NCBI GenBank assembly: GCA_001949185.1
Contig: BDGG01000001.1
Span: 4,205,624 to 4,269,623, forward strand
DNA: 64,000 bases
Direction: 5' to 3'
From: Ramazzottius varieornatus
Lineage: Eukaryota; Animalia; Tardigrada
The notes under the pieces were generated by a model. That model was given only the letters and a program-made list of their open reading frames with translations, was not told where the DNA came from and ran no database searches. Below are positions 52,006-63,200 of the stretch, one piece after another (position 1 is the first letter of the stretch; every line of letters begins with the position of its first letter). A program made the position numbers and the translations under genes.

Positions 52006-55000
52006 TTAGTGAGCAGCATTCAAACTGGCTGCCAACATTTGAGAAAAGACACTATCAGACTTTGCTACAAGTTTAGCAGGTGTGTCATACTCCAGAGCTT
52101 TGCCATTACCCACCACTAAAATTTTGTCATAACTTAGCACAGTGTTCAGCCGATGGGCGACGGTCAGTAGAGTACAATTACTAAAAGCTGTCCGTATGGT
52201 ATCTTGCAGTAAAGCGTCTGTTCTAGAGTCGATGGACGCTGTGGCTTCATCCATAAATAGAATCTTGCTCTTTCTAAGGAGCGCTCTGGCCATGCAGATG
52301 AGCTGTCGCTCGCCCACTGAGAAGTTGGCTCCATTAGATTCCACCATGTACTCGAGACCATCGCCAAGTTGCGAGATGGTGTCACCCAAGTTGACGCGAG
52401 TTAATGCTTCCCAAATTTCGTTGTCAGGATAGAAATCGAAGGGATCGAGGTTGTACCGCAGAGTGCCGGCGAAGAGTACCGGGTCCTGGGGAATAATGGA
52501 GAGCCGGCTTCGTAAGGAACGAATAGGAATGTTCTTGATGTCTTGTCCATCAATGTAGACGGATCCGCCCTCAATCTCCACCAGGCGAAACAGCGCGGAA
52601 GCGATTGAGGATTTACCTGCAAGGAGGTACTCCTCATTGTTCATACCAAGAATGCTAAGAGAAGGCCTGGGAAAGGGATGAGTAAGTCGGGGTGCAAGCA
52701 CCTGCATACTTACACAAACCAGTAGACAAACAATTTCATTGTATGCAGGTGTATGAAAGACTGACGTACGTGTTTTCTCGTATCGTACCTGAGCCAGTTC
52801 GTCCCACAATGCCAACGCGCTCTCTTGGCAGAGCCACGAAGGACATTCCCTTCAAAGCTGTCGGAAGCGCAGAGTTGTACCGCATGACCACCTCCTTTAG
52901 TTCTAGTTGTCCTTCCGGCGGCCACTCCTTGTTCACCTCCACTACGTCCTTACCGTCGACTTCCTGTGGGACCTTGTCGATGTACTCAATGACACGCTCG
53001 ACCGATGTGAACCGCCCTTCGGTTTCTAGTGCTAGGCGCACCGAGTACTGGAAGAGTCCGCTGAGCTGTATACAGTAAGAGAGAGCCAAGCCGGCATCGG
53101 CGGGCTGTATTGACCCTTCGGGAAGAAGTACGACTAGTAGGGCGGTGATGACGGAGAGGCATATGGTTAAAAAGTCCAACCGGACACCCAGCCATCGAAT
53201 GGCGCAGTGAAAGCAGAAGATCGGGAAGGTGTTATCGTCCACGAAACCATCGTAACGTGTGATAAGGTCCGTGTATTTCCCATATGCCTAAAAGCACAAA
53301 TGCAACAAAGTATTACTATAAAATAATTTTGGTCCAAGAGATTTTTCCTTCCGGCTTACATGGATAGTTGACAGTCCGTTGACGGTGGAGGCCGCCAAAC
53401 TGAGGACCGGCGAAGTGGTTAGGTTTTCCAGTCGTTTGAAATCACGAACGCCACAGCGGAAGCATTTGCTCAGGCAGAGAAAGACTATCACCAGGATGAA
53501 GACAGCGATCAGTATCCAAGGAAAGACGATGGCAATTTGGATGACTGCGAAGAAACAGTAAAGACCGTTCTGGATGAAGATCTCGGACACGAAGGGGATT
53601 TGAGAATCCACTTCGTCAACATCTTTGCAGAGTCGATTCAATATCCGCCCGGCTGAAGTCGTGTCGAAGAACCGAGTGGTGGCGTTCATTATACAAGCCA
53701 GAAGGTCGACGTGGAGCTTCGCTGCCGCGCCCAGAGTCACCTGAAAAGAATCCAAATTTACACCAGCACTAAAAATACAAAAATAAAGTATTCAAATATT
53801 GTTACTACAGTAGAAATGTTCTGAACTAACCTTCGCGTAACCGTAAGATCTAAGGACGAAGATGGTGACGACGATCAGAATGATGCTACCGTAGACTATC
53901 GGGTACCACGCGTTTTCTGCTTGCAAGATGATGTAACTTTGGACTTGGTAGGATCCATCACTCTGAGTGACGTTTTCTTTCTGGAACAAAAAGAGTCGGT
54001 GTGAGGCTCAAATTCACTGAATAATTATCGCTTACTATTGGAGACTCACGATGGCCGCACTTTTCAGCCAGAAACTCAACCACCACCCAGAAAACGTGTT
54101 GAGTGCCATGTTAGTTGCAAACGCGAAGAAGACTATACCGGTGAACCAGTACGGTCCGGCGGCCTTGATGTAGCGTTTATAGGTGGCGAACTTGATGGTA
54201 CCCTTTCCTTGTTCCTCTGCGTCACCAGTCCCTACCGCCTTCTGCTCTTCCTCGATCAGGGCTACCGCTGCAGGCGCAGGAGTGACGGCTGTTGGTTGAC
54301 TGGTCTTAGCCGCCGCAGCGTCTTCCATTCCTTTCCGGGCTTTCTTCATGGCCTGCACCATCTCCCAATAGACGCTTTTTTCTTCCTTGAGAAGCTGGCC
54401 GTGGGTACCGCGTTGGACTATTGTGCCACCTTTCAGAACGAGGATTTGGTCGCACTCTTCTAGGTATTGGATCTGACCACTGATGAGGAAAACGGTCATG
54501 CCTTTCTGCCGCAAGTAACCGTAAATACACCTAAAGGACACAGGATTTATTTTTTTCATCAACAACATCTTTGGTTGATTTCCCAAAAACTTTGAGAAGC
54601 CGGCAAAGAACACACGCTAAGATTGTTATATTAATACCAAGTGACGCACGTTTTCGGGGGTATTAGCTAGAAGCCTGCGCCACTTTATATACTGTAATAA
54701 CCTTGTACGTTTCGTTTGCCGGCCCACCGGGCTATGATTTATTGCAGTCAAATTTTTTTGATTATTGATTTACTTGTCGAAAATAGCGGCCCCGACTCGC
54801 GCGTCCACGGCACTAAGTGGATCATCAAGCAACAGGATATCCCTGTTACTATACACCGCTCGAGCCAAGTTGATTCTTTGTCGCTGACCACCACTCATCG
54901 TCGACCCACGTTCCCCAATGACACACTGGTCCCCACCCGAAAGTATGGTGAAGTCGTAGCTTAGGTTGCACACCGTGACCACTTCATTATAGCGCTCCGG

Positions 55001-58000
55001 TATGTAGGGTTCACCGAAGCAGATGTTGTCCCGGACTGTCGCGTTGATCAGCCAGGCTTGTTGGGGTACATAGGCAAGCATTCCGCGCATCTGAAATGTT
55101 CCGCCATTGGAGTAGATCTGACCGAGTAGCCCGTGGAACAGCGAACTCTTGCCGCATCCCACAGGTCCACATATGCCGACCAGAATACCCCGCTTTACTT
55201 CAAGAGAGATATCGCGGAGTACTGGACCATGCGAATGGCTGCCTTTAAGTATGGCCGTTGTCAGAGTTGAAGCTATGGGCTTGACAGCTTGTGAGGTGTC
55301 GAAAGCAGACCAACTGAATGCGACTGCCTCCAGAAGGACGGCGGTGTTCGGGTCTTTGGTTCTCTGGATACTTCTCGCCACCGGCTTGATTTGAATAAAT
55401 TTCTGCAAAAGCAAAGATATGGGATCCTGAAAACGGCAAACAGACTTGCGCGTCTATCTATGAGAGGTGGAAACTGGACGCGAAAAGATACCTGGATGCG
55501 TTCACAAGCTACTTTCATGTGGGTAATGGGTACCCACGAGATGACAATTTGTCTGAGGCCTCCTGAGCCGATTATGTAAGAAATAATGATGTACGTAAAC
55601 GCCTGAAAAATCATCGTTATCGTACACTGGCAACTTGTTTGCGTGAAGCAAGACCGACGCGGAAGTGGTCAACTCGAAGCACAGCAACCCAAGGCAAGGA
55701 CCACGGATTAAACCAGGAACTTAAAAAGTGTTAATGCGAAACCCCGCATAGACAGAAGGACTGCATGGAAAGCGGACAAACAGAACTGCTGAACTGAGTA
55801 GAGTTTTCAATATAAAGCAAAAGAGTTCGAGCATGAAAGTAATGGGGCTTTCTCACCTGTATGCGGCGGCAAGAAGGCATGATTTCAGCGTAAGCTCGCA
55901 AGGCAAACGGCATCCCGTTGTATGCGCTTCTTGCAGAATAAAAAATAGTCAGCAGCGTGAAGGCCTACACCAAGCAGCAAATATAACCCTTACAAAAAGA
56001 CAGACGAAACGGTATATTTTCCCCAACAACACCGTGAAGCGACGAAAACCGCACATTGATAGAAACTGCCGAAAGACTATAAGCGCGAAACACCTACCTC
56101 CGAAGCGTCGAGTCTATTTCCCATTCCCATATGACTCAGGAAAGTAACGACGGCAGTAACTACAGGAACCAGCGGCGTCAGAGACAGGTTGACACTTTGC
56201 AGCCAGGACGTCATCTTGACTTCCTTCAGCTCTTCGTCGCGCATCTTTGTCACCTTGGCACAAAACGCTTCTTCCCAAGCGTACATCTTGATCAACCGAA
56301 TGCTGTTTATCAGTTCTGTAATCAACGATATCTGTAAAACAAAAAGCCGTTCCGACATTTCCGTACGTATGTGCAAATAAGATTGAAGATCTTCGAAAGC
56401 ATCGACTCACCCGCTGGTCCGTGGCCGCGGCTCCTTTCCTTCGAAGACGCCCGAGGACCCTTGACAAACAGATCTACCGCAGAAAGCAATGCTGTTATCG
56501 CTACTCAGAAAATACAGTTCGAGACAAGCAAGAACTGAGAGCTCGGCAATCAAGAACGCCTCCAAGTGGCGCCCGTTGTCGATAATTACGGCTAGAAGCG
56601 TGCGCTACTTGGGAAAACGGTCTCGTCCGTATGTTTTTCAAGCTCCGTATTTTCACCTGTAGTGGGTAGAACAGAGTGAGAATGGAGGCGCCAACCAGCG
56701 CAATCCAGCTGAGAAGGTACACGGAGTATGCCGCACCGGCAATCATTAGCAAAGGCCCGCCGATGACTAAGACGCATTGTCGAATGGCGTCGAAAATTCT
56801 GGCGACATCCGACGTGATGATGTTGATGATGTCGTTAGCGGACCCGGCTTGCGGAAGGTTCTTCAGCTCCAGGATCTTACGGTATATTATACCCATGCAG
56901 GCAGCTCGCAGTCGGATGGAGGTACGGTAGACCATTGCCCAAACCGTTACGAAAAGTATAGCTCTGAAATGCCAGAAAATAAATCGTTGCGGTTATTCGC
57001 TCACTTTGTGGGAAAGTAGTTCTTTGGCGCGTTACGTTGACGCGTACCGTACCGACCCACTTCACAACAAGTCAGGCCGAACACCAGCAGGATCCCGTAG
57101 TTCGTGGCGCTCAGTGAGGGTATCTCACTTTTCCTCAAGTTGGGATCGGCTATGTGGATCAGTTTGTTGACAAAGATAGTCTGTAATGCAAAGACCGGTG
57201 GTAAAGTATGAAGACTGAGCCTAAAAGTGGATGACTTCATGACAGTATCTCACCGGTACGAGGAAGCCGATGCCAAGGCAGACGGCGTATAATGCAGCCG
57301 ACACAATGATGCGAACTCTGCAGAACTTCCAGCACGCTCTGAAGAAGGACGCTTCTTTCTCACCTTTCTCTCTGAGTTCGCGTTTCCATATTCGCGTTAG
57401 CCTGTGAAACAATCAACCTTACAGAATACTTCACAAAATACGATGAACTGTTTGAAATCTCATACCGAACAGTATTCAGCTCACAGCTGTCAAACCGCGA
57501 GGTCTTCCACATGTCGTGGACTGTGATGCCTTTCCGGTAGGCCTTCCACATCAGACTGGTCAGCCATGAATACATCATAAAGCTGAAACATCCTATATTG
57601 TCCAGTTTGCTGTATTCGAGAGTTCTAAAAAAAGAGTCGAATGAGGTGTGTAGTATGTCCAAGAGTACGGCGGAACCGTTGAACATGGGGAAGGCCGGCA
57701 GTCAATCTCGAGACGATCGTTATCTCAAGTGGCGCACGTTTTTAGCCAACAGCAGGGAAAACTGCGCCACCTATGGGGATCATCTCGACGTTGTTTGGCT
57801 GTCTCCCACAAGTCCGGTACTTACTCGTCCTGACAGCGATAAGGAACCAGACACCGAAGAGCCGGTGCAAATTTCGCACATCCGATCCGATGTTTGGGTC
57901 CAACAATAAGTAGTTCCAGCTGGGTGTCTTCGCTTTCCCTAGGGCCATTTGCTTTGTACGTCACTTCTTTGTACGGCTCCTCGCCCTCGTCCAGTGGTTT

Positions 58001-58072
58001 CGGAAGAAGATGTCCCGAGGCATCCGTCAAACTATTAAGGCTTTCAACTCTACCCAGGTGGGAATTTTCCAT
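52006..58072 (-). CDS. ABCC5: ABC transporter subfamily C, MRP5/ABCC5-like (short MRP without TMD0), multi-exon
   Basis: LDNIGCFSFMMYSWL..WKFCRVRIIVS; NBD1 GPVGCGKSS and MSGGQRQRI; NBD2 GRTGSGKSS and FSVGERQL. Confidence 0.88.
52699..52751. repeat. Family B palindrome copy (ABCC5 intron)
   Basis: cacctgcatac-N31-gtatgcaggtg (perfect arms). Confidence 0.8.
54639..54685. repeat. Family A palindrome copy (ABCC5 intron)
   Basis: aagtgacgcac-N25-ctgcgccactt. Confidence 0.8.
56564..56610. repeat. Family A palindrome copy (ABCC5 intron)
   Basis: aagtggcgccc-N25-gtgcgctactt. Confidence 0.8.
57727..57772. repeat. Family A palindrome copy (ABCC5 intron 1)
   Basis: aagtggcgcac-N24-ctgcgccacct. Confidence 0.8.
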
Positions 58073-59108
58073 TACACGAAGTTATCTTACGGAAAACCAC
58101 GAAGGCAGTTCACTTCAAAATAAAATTCAGCAGTTCGTGAAACTAGGAACCATCCTTAGCGTTTTGCGGTCTTCATGAATTGTCATTTGAATTCGCCTGC
58201 TCTGATAAAAATAGGGAGGCTGATACGCAAGCTAAAGTTCCAGCAACGATGCGATTAGCGGTTTGAATTTATCCGATCAAAGGTACGGTTCGCTCGGCAA
58301 CAGTAGCGATATTTTATCGTTTCGCAAAAAGGCGGCAGGATTAGATTGGGGCCTCTTTCTGTGCTATCGTTCCTCTTCAGACTGTTGAAAGTTCACAGAC
58401 TTCTCGGCACGATCCCCACGGCGACTGCTGCTACCTTTCCCCGAATCCCCACAACCCTTTTTCAACGGAACTTCAAGAGCCAATCGTGGCATAAAACCTT
58501 CCGTCAAGTTTCTACCTTTTCCGGGACGGAAAAATTCCGAAAAGGCACGCCTGATCTTGACAGATTGATGCGAGCATCGCGTCTCATTGTGGTGCTGGAG
58601 CCAGAAGAACTACGTTTTAGTGCAAATTTTAGTGGGTTACGCCCTTTAGCAGTGCGTAATCCGATCGCAAGATGTCACCAGTCAAAATGTCATCGAACCA
58701 CGGTCAGAATCTCATGATCTTGCTGATAGATTAACTATATTGGAAGTCTGCATGGGTTTCAGTTTCCCAAAGGTATGGCGCATACGGCTCGCTAACGTAA
58801 TACCATCGGGCCGCTGAGTGAAATTTTCCCTCATTCTAAATAAATCACTCTCTCTTGGCATAAGGTGACGTTGAGTTAGTGGAAGAAAACGATCACTGTC
58901 GTCTTTCGTCCTCAGAGTGTCAGTATAAAGAAGAAGAAGAGACCCGAAAATCTTTGCTATCCATCAGGAAGATTCTTTAGTATGAGCTTTCGGCCTGGGT
59001 ACGCGAAGGTTCGCGGTTCTGCAATTGCGTTCAACCGGGAAACTCGGAGCTACCTCGCTCGTCTTCGCGAATCCTTTAAGCGTATCAGGCTTTGAAATAA
59101 TCTGTCTT

Positions 59109-59603
59109 ATGATGCATCTCATTTCGATATTAATTCTTTTTTCAGGTTTGTTCGAGATTTTGCGATGTTTCAAACTGTATGCGTACCGTCGGTTTTTCGA
59201 GCTCCAAAAGTGCTTCCTATTCTAGATAAATCCAACTGTCTCTTTTCTTTTAGCAATTGCGAGAGCGCTTTCGACTTCCAATCAAGAATTGGAAGTGTTC
59301 CAGCCGTCGAACTCGGGATTCCCTCGTTTGAGTAGTGAATGGCACTTCCCGATAATGACGGGAATGTACGGTAATCCTCTGCGTTCCAACTTATTCCGGT
59401 ACTTTGCTCTTCGAGCTCGGGTCCCCACTACGACAGCGAAGCCTCTTCGAGTTATGAGTCACCGAAGTGGTGCCACTTGGTACTTGGGAAAGCGAAGCTC
59501 AAAATACAGCTCGTATCTCGACAAGGCCGATCCACGAAAATGGCAAGCCTACTTCGCGAAGCGGTTCGGCTCCAGCAAATCTGCGCCTTGGTACCTAGGA
59601 TGA
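59109..59603 (+). CDS. Candidate neuropeptide precursor (128 aa) with two WYL-amide peptides
   Basis: Exon 59109-59145, intron 59146-59253 and exon 59254-59603 give signal peptide MMHLISILILFSAIARA and ...R-SGATWYLG-KR-...WQAYFA-KR-FGSSKSAPWYLG*. Confidence 0.72.
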
Positions 59604-60287
59604 CACATGAGATCCCAATGAAAATAAAAAAAATAAAATAAATACTGATTTTTTTACTGAAAATAAACACTGAAATAAAAAATAAAAAAACAATACTGAC
59701 TTTTTTAAACGCATTATCGGCTAGAAATCGCGTACCATATGATGTTGTCATCATGTACTTTATGACGAACCGTTCGCTTTCTCGCAAAGCTGTTCTTTGA
59801 ACTCAGCGAGTTTGCCCTGCCCCGTCTTGTCCAATCTTTCCTTGAATCCGATAAATCTTCTCATGGTTGAATTTTTCAATTGATGTTACGAAGGACCGGA
59901 CTTTTGCGAGCATTTTATAACAACGGCTGCCGTTTCAGGAACTCTCGATAACTTTATCTTTATTCCCCAACCCTGCTACTTCAGTGCATCACAGAACGGA
60001 GTTTTCCAGTGAGATGACTAGCTCAGTCAAACAACGCAAGTAAAAAATAACAACATCTGAAAGAGAAGAGAAAAGGGGGTATACATAATGCATAACAAGA
60101 AGACTCACCTGACGTCAGCAAACACCCAGCTACACTTCATTAGGCATCCATCAGCGCAACTGAATAAATCAGCTTGTCCTACTCTCTGGGAGGAACTTAT
60201 CACGACCATGTTTGGTACCACTATCAATCGGATTACATAAAGAGAACACAAAAAGTAAAACAAAACCAAAAACAGTAGAGCTTTGGC

Positions 60288-63200
60288 TCAACCGACCACA
60301 CCACTCTGTTCTTCCATTGCCGTGTCTGCCATCAGAAGTTTCGTGGAACTGAGCAGAGGACTCGCCAAGGAAGGCCTGTCCCTTCCTTCGTCAGGCGTTT
60401 TGGCGAAGCCGTTCTGCTTAACATCCGACAGCCTTTCTTCAACTTCGTGGACATCAGATGTATCGCCATTCTGGAAGAAGCAAAACGTTAGACTGGTGGA
60501 AACCAGAAGAAACACCGTGATGAATCTCAATACTCTCAGGCCCGTGCATACACAAGTCAGCACCGTTCTAGTTTTCATATGTACAGGTGCATGCAAAATA
60601 CCTGGAAACTCTTCCACATCTCTTCCCTAGAAAAGTTTGAATGGCAGAAAGTATAGACTATTGCTTTATTACCTGCATTTCACTCTGCGAAAAGGTTTTC
60701 TCGGTTTCGAACATTTCTTCGTCGTGGTTAGCATGATCGCCGTTCTGGCTGGGTGTCTCTGTCTTGGCGTGCCCCCTAATATTATTCACGGTGGAGGGAC
60801 CCTTGTAAGTTCGTCCAAAGCGCGACATGTACTTCTTGATGTGCTCTTTTATCTTTGGTTTGTGTCTTGAGGAGGAGAAACTCAGCGCTTCGGGACTGTT
60901 ACGATGTCTTTGGACTTCTTGTTCCACCACGTTGTGCGTAAACTTCCGCGCCAGGTATTTGAAGTCTCCCTTGGACTCGATGCGACCTTGTGGGCACTCT
61001 GGCGCTCGGTAACTGTTGAGAAAGTGCAGAACAAACTGACACACATCGTTTTGGAAGTCAATCTTTTTCTTCTTCAGCAGCTCGCGGTTCTGCTCCTTGT
61101 TCTGGGACATCTTTGGAGGGTCGAGTTTACTGGGCTTGGGCGTGGTCGATGCGGAACGTTTGATCGGTGTCGTTTTATCTTCCAGCTCGTCGTCGCCCTG
61201 TGGACTCCATGGCGTAATCTGCAAAAGTTCAACTGTTTTGGCACATCATACTTCAAAACTCCAGTTCAACAACGATATTTGGGAGCTCGGCAGGCAAACA
61301 CGTCACTTCGGAAAAACAACATTTTCCACCGACTGATATGGATAATCTAAATATTTTATCAGCCTTACCTTCATAGTGTCAACGTGCACTTTAGAGTACT
61401 GCGTCATGTCAGCCGGGATGGCCAGAGCAGGCGGAAGTTGCTGTAAGACTGTTGAATATTCCTTGTCCTCCACCGGAAAGTCCCATCTCGAAACGCTATA
61501 AAGAAGAAACAGCACTTTCACATCAGGCCTGTCTGATGTGCCTAAGAGAGTGCGTTTACATACCCGTTTGAAGTGTTGTAGAAGTACAATCGGCCAGCTC
61601 GATCGTACGCGGCGCCCCAGTCTTTGGGCAGGAACAAGTGCTTGCTCAGATCAAAGTTGGAGGTCCAGCCAGCGAAGTTCTGAATTTTGGGCGCGTCTAT
61701 CGGTTCGACATTCACTTTCCTACCCTCAGTGTAGTGTAGTACCGTCGCGTACTTCTCCGTCCATTCCTTCGACCCAATCAGCGGGATGGCACTGGCAATG
61801 AGCTGTACTTGTTCCTCAGAGGGTTGGAACGTCCTCACATCGTGGGTCGAACCGTCCCGCAGGACTATATTCACTTTCTGCGACACGGCAACCGACCCAT
61901 CCTAAAAGTGAAAAATATGAGAAGAAAACCTCAGAAAATGATGAATTTCAAAATGGCTTTTGGACAAAGATCGCTTTACTAAGTGGCACACGCTTCTAGG
62001 CAAAAACACTGTACGGGTGCGCCACTTCGAAAAACGATCTGATCGAATTTTTTTTTCAGACTCCCAAACTCATTTTACTTGGATCCATTATTTTAAAAGT
62101 AATTCCTTTGAGCCTTGGTTACTGACCAGGAGTTTCTGCGACACCATTTCAGCAGCATGTTCGTTATTCTGCCTTATCTGTTCTGCTAGAGCCACGTTGT
62201 AGTCCATCACGGCACTGAGATCTTCCAAACCGGTCGGTGCTGGTTCCTCAACTTTGCCAAGCGGAAACGTGGACTGTGTTTTATCTGGCAGGTATGTCAT
62301 GAACTTCTTGCTGGAAAGGTCGATGCGTCGCTGATTGGAATTGTAGCTGGGTCTTTTACGGTAAAAGTTATCGTGCGGTCCGGGTGGAAGTAGGTTCTGG
62401 TAGGGTCGAGCTGGCCAAGTGGAAGGAGTTCCCAGGACGGCTATGGCGTGACCGTTGTCTCCCCATATGGACGGACTGGGCCTTGGCGAAACCTTAGACT
62501 GCGACGACGAAGGTTCTGGATCAAAGTTGATCTTTCTTGGAATCTTGAAGACCATCTGTAAAGCCAAACGGCTCTAATTTTACTCACTTTATTCACTATG
62601 TCTTCACGCACCTGCATACCTCAGCACTACTGTATCCACACAGCTTACAGTATGCAGGTGAATAATCGACTGACACAATGTTATGTTCGACGGCTTTCCG
62701 CACTCCCTGCATACAGGTGGCACACGCAAAAAGGGAAAATTTGAAAGATGCGATTCCGAAACAGCGGAACGGAAGTTAGTACGTTTGCAATTCTCAAATT
62801 TGCCGTCATTTCCGCCGGTTCCAAACTTTCCCTTCGTGCGTGTACCGTCTAGGCAAAAATGCAAACTTGCAAATTCAGCGCACAACTGATACGGTTGAAA
62901 AGGGAACTTAGGAGCGTATTCTGCTCCGAGCACAGCACCAGAAAGAGCCTGACAAATTGCTGTATGACTCAACTGTTTAGGACAGTCTGGCAAGCTCTTC
63001 CGGGTGGCCGCTTCTCGCATCCTGTGCAGTTACCAGATAAAGCGCCCAAAACAAAATAATACGAGCTCCGCTGCGCCAGCCAACCCGGGCATCAAGCGTG
63101 CCGGAAAAGGTGCCTATATGGTAGCGTAATAAATCAGGCGTACGTTAGTAAGCAGGTACGTGATTGACTGATGTACTATTTGCCAGGCAGTAACTTCATC

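Noticed and set aside
59465-59478. aagtggtgccactt as a collapsed family A copy
   Set aside because: It encodes SGATW of the neuropeptide candidate; a chance resemblance is the simpler explanation.
59620-59710. A-rich tract after the neuropeptide gene
   Set aside because: It is low-complexity 3' UTR sequence with no further structure.
9677-62027. Family A/B palindromes as a CRISPR array or bacterial REP elements
   Set aside because: They are dispersed in introns of animal genes, not arrayed, and no cas genes are present.
9677-62027. Family A/B elements as introners (intron-creating transposons)
   Set aside because: Element ends do not coincide with splice sites, and the host introns differ in length and flanking sequence.
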